From assembly GCA_963675595.2 (NCBI GenBank), contig CAXXLZ010000002.1, positions 1,216,001 to 1,280,000 of the forward strand: a stretch of 64,000 bases of DNA, read 5' to 3'. Positions 60,209-64,000 of this stretch are shown one piece after another; position 1 is the stretch's first letter, and every line of letters begins with the position of its first letter. Position numbers and translations under genes: made by a program. The notes beneath the pieces were generated by a model. That model was given only the letters and a program-made list of their open reading frames with translations, was not told the origin of the DNA and made no database searches. The stretch comes from Thermodesulfobacteriota bacterium (GTDB lineage Bacteria > Desulfobacterota > Desulfarculia > JACQYL01).

Positions 60209-61180
60209 TCAAAGCGGAGAGATGGCCACGTTCCCTTTCTTGTGCCCTTTTTCCACGTACCGATGAGCCTCCACGATCCGTTCCAACGGATAGCGCCGGT
60301 CGATGACGGATGTTAGTTTCCCCGCCTCGATCAGCTCTTTCAGGAAGATCAGGTCCTCGGTTCCGTAGCGGGCCCACGACAGGATCACTCTCCTGCGGCC
60401 CATTAGGGTAGTCCACACCCCTCGAACCGTATGCCCCAAGTCGGGAGCGGCCAAAAGGTAGAAGCCGTTCTTTTTGAGAGATCGTATACTGCGGGAAAAG
60501 GAGGTTTTGCCCAGTGTGTCGAAAATCACGTCATAGGTCTCGCCGTTTCGGGTAAAATCCTCTCGCGTGTAATCGATCACTCGGTCGGCTCCGAGAGACT
60601 TCACCAGGTTCTGGTTGGAGGGGCCGCACACTCCGGTGACGTGCGCTCCGAAGTATTTGGCGAGCTGTACCGCAAACGTGCCGATACTTCCGCTCGCCCC
60701 GTGGACCAGCACCTTCCCTCCGCTCCGAATACGGGCTTTTCTCAGGAAATACAACGCATTGAGCCCTCCCACCGGAACGCAGGCCGCCTCTTCATAGGTC
60801 ATATTGACCGGTTTCATCGCGGCCGCGGCCGTATCCGGCAAACACACGTATTCGGCATGAGCTCCGAAACGAGCATCCGTAATCGCGAATACTCGATCCC
60901 CAGGCTTGAAACTCGTCACGCTCCCACCCACGGATTCGACCTCTCCGGCTGCCTCCTGCCCGAGGATTCGAATGCGCGGCCGGAGCACGCCCATGTAGAT
61001 GCGTATGGGAATCCAAAACAACAAGGGCACTTGAAATCTTCTGATTTCGCAATCCCCCGCCGTGACCGTTGCGGCACGGACCCTGATGAGGATTTCATGA
61101 TCCTTGGGCGTGGGCTTTGCCGCCTCTTGGATGTGGAGCACCTCAGGGGGTCCATATCTGGAGAACACGACGGCTTTCAT
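60209..61180 (-). CDS. NAD(P)-dependent MDR (quinone oxidoreductase-like) dehydrogenase
   Basis: MKAVVFSRYGPPEVL; VLVHGASGSIGTFAVQLAK; VIDRRYPL...GHKKGN; GGAAGG RBS. Confidence 0.92.
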   Translation of the reverse strand: MKAVVFSRYGPPEVLHIQEAAKPTPKDHEILIRVRAATVTAGDCEIRRFQVPLLFWIPIRIYMGVLRPRIRILGQEAAGEVESVGGSVTSFKPGDRVFAITDARFGAHAEYVCLPDTAAAAMKPVNMTYEEAACVPVGGLNALYFLRKARIRSGGKVLVHGASGSIGTFAVQLAKYFGAHVTGVCGPSNQNLVKSLGADRVIDYTREDFTRNGETYDVIFDTLGKTSFSRSIRSLKKNGFYLLAAPDLGHTVRGVWTTLMGRRRVILSWARYGTEDLIFLKELIEAGKLTSVIDRRYPLERIVEAHRYVEKGHKKGNVAISPL

Positions 61181-61332
61181 AGATCCCTTCCAAAGGAGCA
61201 CGAGAACTGGAATGAAGATGGATTCCGGATATGGGCAATTACGGAGTCGAAAAGAATAAAGTGGTACGCAAACGTACGCCGCAGTGAGGGGGGATGAAGC
61301 CCAACGCCGCGGGTCGCGTTTCCGCCGGCCGG

Positions 61333-62160
61333 TCAGATTCCCTGCAAATGCTCGGCCTCGCTGTACGGGATATGCCGACCCGTGGGGGTGTTCCGCCAAG
61401 CGGGTTCCGCCAGCGCCGCGTCCTGAGCCTGTTTGTTCTTGGGGAACGCCGAAGCCACCCGCGCGATGATCCTTCCCTCTTCCGGGGACAAGGGCTCGGA
61501 TTCGTTCTCGTCGGACGCCGCTATGACCGGAATTAACTCTCTGAAGTTGTCCGGTTGAGGACCTTGAGGCAGCGCGGCGTAGCAGGCTCCGGTCAGGCCT
61601 TGTCCCAGCTCCCGGAACGCAAGCATGTCCGCGTACCAGAGGTAACGGCCGCCGTAGATCGTTCTTACCGAAAGCAGCGTGCGTTTCAATTCGGCTTCGA
61701 ACCGTATCAAGACCCGTTTCATGCGCGGCAGGCTGAGCTCCCGGTTGCCGCTCAACACGTCTCCGACGACGAGGTTCTTGTCCAACGCCTCCCTCAGAAG
61801 CCGATCCATGGATCGGGTCTGAATCAAACCGGATTCCCAGCGCTTGATGCTCGCGACCCCGATATTCAGCAATCCGGCAAGTTCCGCCTGGGACAGGTTC
61901 AGATTCTTGCGGCGACAGGACAGTTCCTCGCCGGTCATGAGCCCGGCCGCTTGTTTGTATCCTTCCGACAATGATTTCTGGGCCGCCGCGGCCTGCTCCA
62001 GGGTGGACGTCTCCAACCCGCAACGCTCACAATAGTGCCTTTCGGATTGATACTCCGTATCCACCCCCCGGAAGCGACACTGGGACGTGCCCTTCTTCAC
62101 GGTCATGGGGCCGCAGGCATTGGGGCAATCTTTCGTGGGTGCTTTAATGTTCGAGGTCAT
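61333..62160 (-). CDS. MqsA-like antitoxin (Zn ribbon + HTH) fused to a DUF4065/Panacea-like domain
   Basis: CPNACG...YCERCG; LNLSQAELAGLLNIGVASIKRWESG; LWYAD..AFRELG..LTG..YAALPQGP. Confidence 0.8.
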   Translation of the reverse strand: MTSNIKAPTKDCPNACGPMTVKKGTSQCRFRGVDTEYQSERHYCERCGLETSTLEQAAAAQKSLSEGYKQAAGLMTGEELSCRRKNLNLSQAELAGLLNIGVASIKRWESGLIQTRSMDRLLREALDKNLVVGDVLSGNRELSLPRMKRVLIRFEAELKRTLLSVRTIYGGRYLWYADMLAFRELGQGLTGACYAALPQGPQPDNFRELIPVIAASDENESEPLSPEEGRIIARVASAFPKNKQAQDAALAEPAWRNTPTGRHIPYSEAEHLQGI

Positions 62161-62513
62161 GGCCTTCTAGCCTCATGTAATGATACGAGCCAAAGCTTGT
62201 TGTTTCTGAGGGCGAATTTCAGGTACGCTCGACACCCCAGCCTTTTGCTGTTCCAAAGGAATGCGAAGAGTTCCGCCTCCCGGATCATGTCCTTGTAGGA
62301 TTTCTGCGGGGGATTTCCCCCCGAGTAATCCTCCTCGCTGATCTCGTCGAGCACCGCGTTCAACACCGAAGGAAGCTCCTCCACCAGGGTTCCCAACTCG
62401 AGGAGATCCGTAATCAGGCTCTCCTGATCCACCACTTCGATCAAAGACCTGGAAGTTAGGTCCCGGGCTGTTGCGAGCTTTCTTGAAAGTTCCTTGTGGC
62501 TAATCCGTCTCAT
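62157..62513 (-). CDS. Putative MqsR/RelE-like toxin
   Basis: Small basic ORF overlapping the antitoxin by 4 nt; YLKFAL...LWLVSLH C-terminal motif. Confidence 0.7.
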   Translation of the reverse strand: MRRISHKELSRKLATARDLTSRSLIEVVDQESLITDLLELGTLVEELPSVLNAVLDEISEEDYSGGNPPQKSYKDMIREAELFAFLWNSKRLGCRAYLKFALRNNKLWLVSLHEARRP

Positions 62514-62518
62514 TGGCT

Positions 62519-62546
62519 ATTCTAGTATCAATTGATACCAAGTCAA
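62519..62546 (-). promoter_or_regulatory. TA promoter with palindromic operator
   Basis: TTGACT-N16-TAGAAT; spacer contains perfect palindrome GTATCAATTGATAC (62525-62538); ATG 5 nt after the -10. Confidence 0.7.
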
Positions 62547-62851
62547 GGGAAAGGCAACACCTCAAGCGCCCGGAAAGGGAGGGCAGGAGAGACTTTTTCG
62601 TAAATATTCTCCCCCTGAATGCTTCGGCAAAAGAAGGCTGAACAATCGCACGAAAGCCCCCCGGACTTCAAGAACCGTACCCCAAGAACGCCCAAAGACC
62701 GAAGTAAAAGCGTTGGACCCTTGTACGCTTTGCCTTTAGAATCGGCTTGGCTTTGCACTTCGGCTCGAACCCCGTCTCTTGCCCCCGTTTCCGGAGGCGA
62801 CTCCGAGCAACCTACCACCGCGGGTTTGAAAACCGCTCGAAAGGCGACCTC

Positions 62852-63937
62852 ATGAAGAGCGATGTCTATGAAAGGCTCAGAGAACGGTTGGACGAATTCT
62901 CCATCGGCTTCAAATCCACCGGAACCGGAATCGAAATCCGACTACTGGAGAAGTTGTTCACGGAAGAAGAAGCCGAGATGTACCTGCACTTGAAACGCAG
63001 CCTGCAAACCGCTTCCGAAATCGCCCGGTCCACGGGCCGTTCCGAAAAGGAAGTGGAGCAAATCCTCCAGCGCATGACGGAAAAAGGCCTCACCATTCCC
63101 CGGTTTCCCAAGGAGGAAGGGGAACCCTTTTACTACTCGGCGGCGCCCTACCTGCACGGTCTTTTTGAACATCAAATCAAGCGCATCGATAAGGACACGG
63201 CGGCTTTGATGCTCCAATTGAACCATACGGGATATTACAGCCGAGGCCCGTCTCCGCTCAGAACCATACCCGTCCATACGGCCGTGGCGACGGAGTCCCG
63301 CATCGCGCCGTACGAAGACGTGAGGAAAGTCCTCGAGGACAAGCGGCGATATTGCGTGGCGGACTGCGCCTGCGCGGTGGTGCGTCGAGCCGGAGAATCA
63401 TCCTGCGACAGACCCCTGGAAGTCTGTCTTCTCTTCGATTTCTACGCGGACTACTATATCGATCGGGGGTTGGGACGAGAAATCCAAAAGGACGAACTCC
63501 TGAGCATCCTGGAAAAGTGCGAACAGGCCGGTCTGGTTCCCCAGTTCGGAAACAGCACCAATCCCGATGCCCTCTGCAACTGCTGCCCGGACTGCTGCGA
63601 AAGCCTCCTGGCCGTCAAACGCACGCCCAAACCCGCGAAGTATGCCTCATCCAATTACTTCTGCACCGTGGACACGGAGAGCTGCGTCGCGTGCGAAACC
63701 TGCATCGACCGATGCCCCATGGACGCCGTCGGCCTGTCGGAAGAAGACACGGCACAGGTCGATCTCATGCGCTGCATCGGATGCGGACTTTGCGTGAGCA
63801 CCTGTCCGGAAGGGGCCTTGAGGCTTGTGCGAAAGCCGGAAGACGCCGTTAGAGTGCCTCCTGCCAAACACGACTTTATGAGACCTTCCTCGGAATACGA
63901 AGCGGACCTTGAACGGCGCGGCCACGGAGATCATTGA
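62852..63937 (+). CDS. 4Fe-4S dicluster protein with N-terminal HTH-like region
   Basis: DCAC...C...EVC; CNCCPDCC; CVACETCIDRCP; CIGCGLCVSTCP. Confidence 0.88.
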   Translation: MKSDVYERLRERLDEFSIGFKSTGTGIEIRLLEKLFTEEEAEMYLHLKRSLQTASEIARSTGRSEKEVEQILQRMTEKGLTIPRFPKEEGEPFYYSAAPYLHGLFEHQIKRIDKDTAALMLQLNHTGYYSRGPSPLRTIPVHTAVATESRIAPYEDVRKVLEDKRRYCVADCACAVVRRAGESSCDRPLEVCLLFDFYADYYIDRGLGREIQKDELLSILEKCEQAGLVPQFGNSTNPDALCNCCPDCCESLLAVKRTPKPAKYASSNYFCTVDTESCVACETCIDRCPMDAVGLSEEDTAQVDLMRCIGCGLCVSTCPEGALRLVRKPEDAVRVPPAKHDFMRPSSEYEADLERRGHGDH

Positions 63938-64000
63938 CGCATGCATCTTGGAGGTGTGAGACCTTCCAGATGGCCGCCCTCACCACCTTGCCGAGTTCCC

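Noticed and set aside
60209-62023. 604-aa fusion ORF
   Set aside because: The real dehydrogenase starts at 61180 with an RBS; the upstream part overlaps the antitoxin in another frame

Overview
GC-rich (by eye) chromosomal window of an anaerobe that looks like a Desulfobacterota member (inferred from the bam genes, selenoprotein HdrA/MvhD and PEP-CTERM proteins). 1-25.5 kb looks like one co-regulated cell-surface locus. It holds three PEP-CTERM-type genes, a cNMP-domain/AraC regulator behind a cobalamin riboswitch, and two c-di-GMP-I riboswitches with terminators. It also holds a cohesin-like/6xPKD protein, a secreted dockerin-like protein, a cohesin-like PEP-CTERM protein, a DUF1573-like gene and a Flp/Tad pilus operon with two double-RcpC CpaB genes. 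Four promoters in this locus share one architecture: two 16-bp boxes 21 bp apart, a 20-nt spacer, then a -10-like hexamer. This points to an AraC-driven, B12-starvation (and c-di-GMP-gated) regulon, the main candidate novel system. The rest includes an ACR3/SBF transporter with a divergent sigma54 activator, a class II benzoyl-CoA reductase cluster bamBCDEF with two in-frame selenocysteine UGAs, a Fic gene, an acyl-CoA ligase and two diguanylate cyclases. Also present are a GntR-controlled BadI/MenB-like hydrolase-thiolase-HADH operon, an MqsR-like/MqsA-Panacea toxin-antitoxin pair and three families of dispersed palindromic repeats. All family assignments come from motif recognition only; no searches were run.
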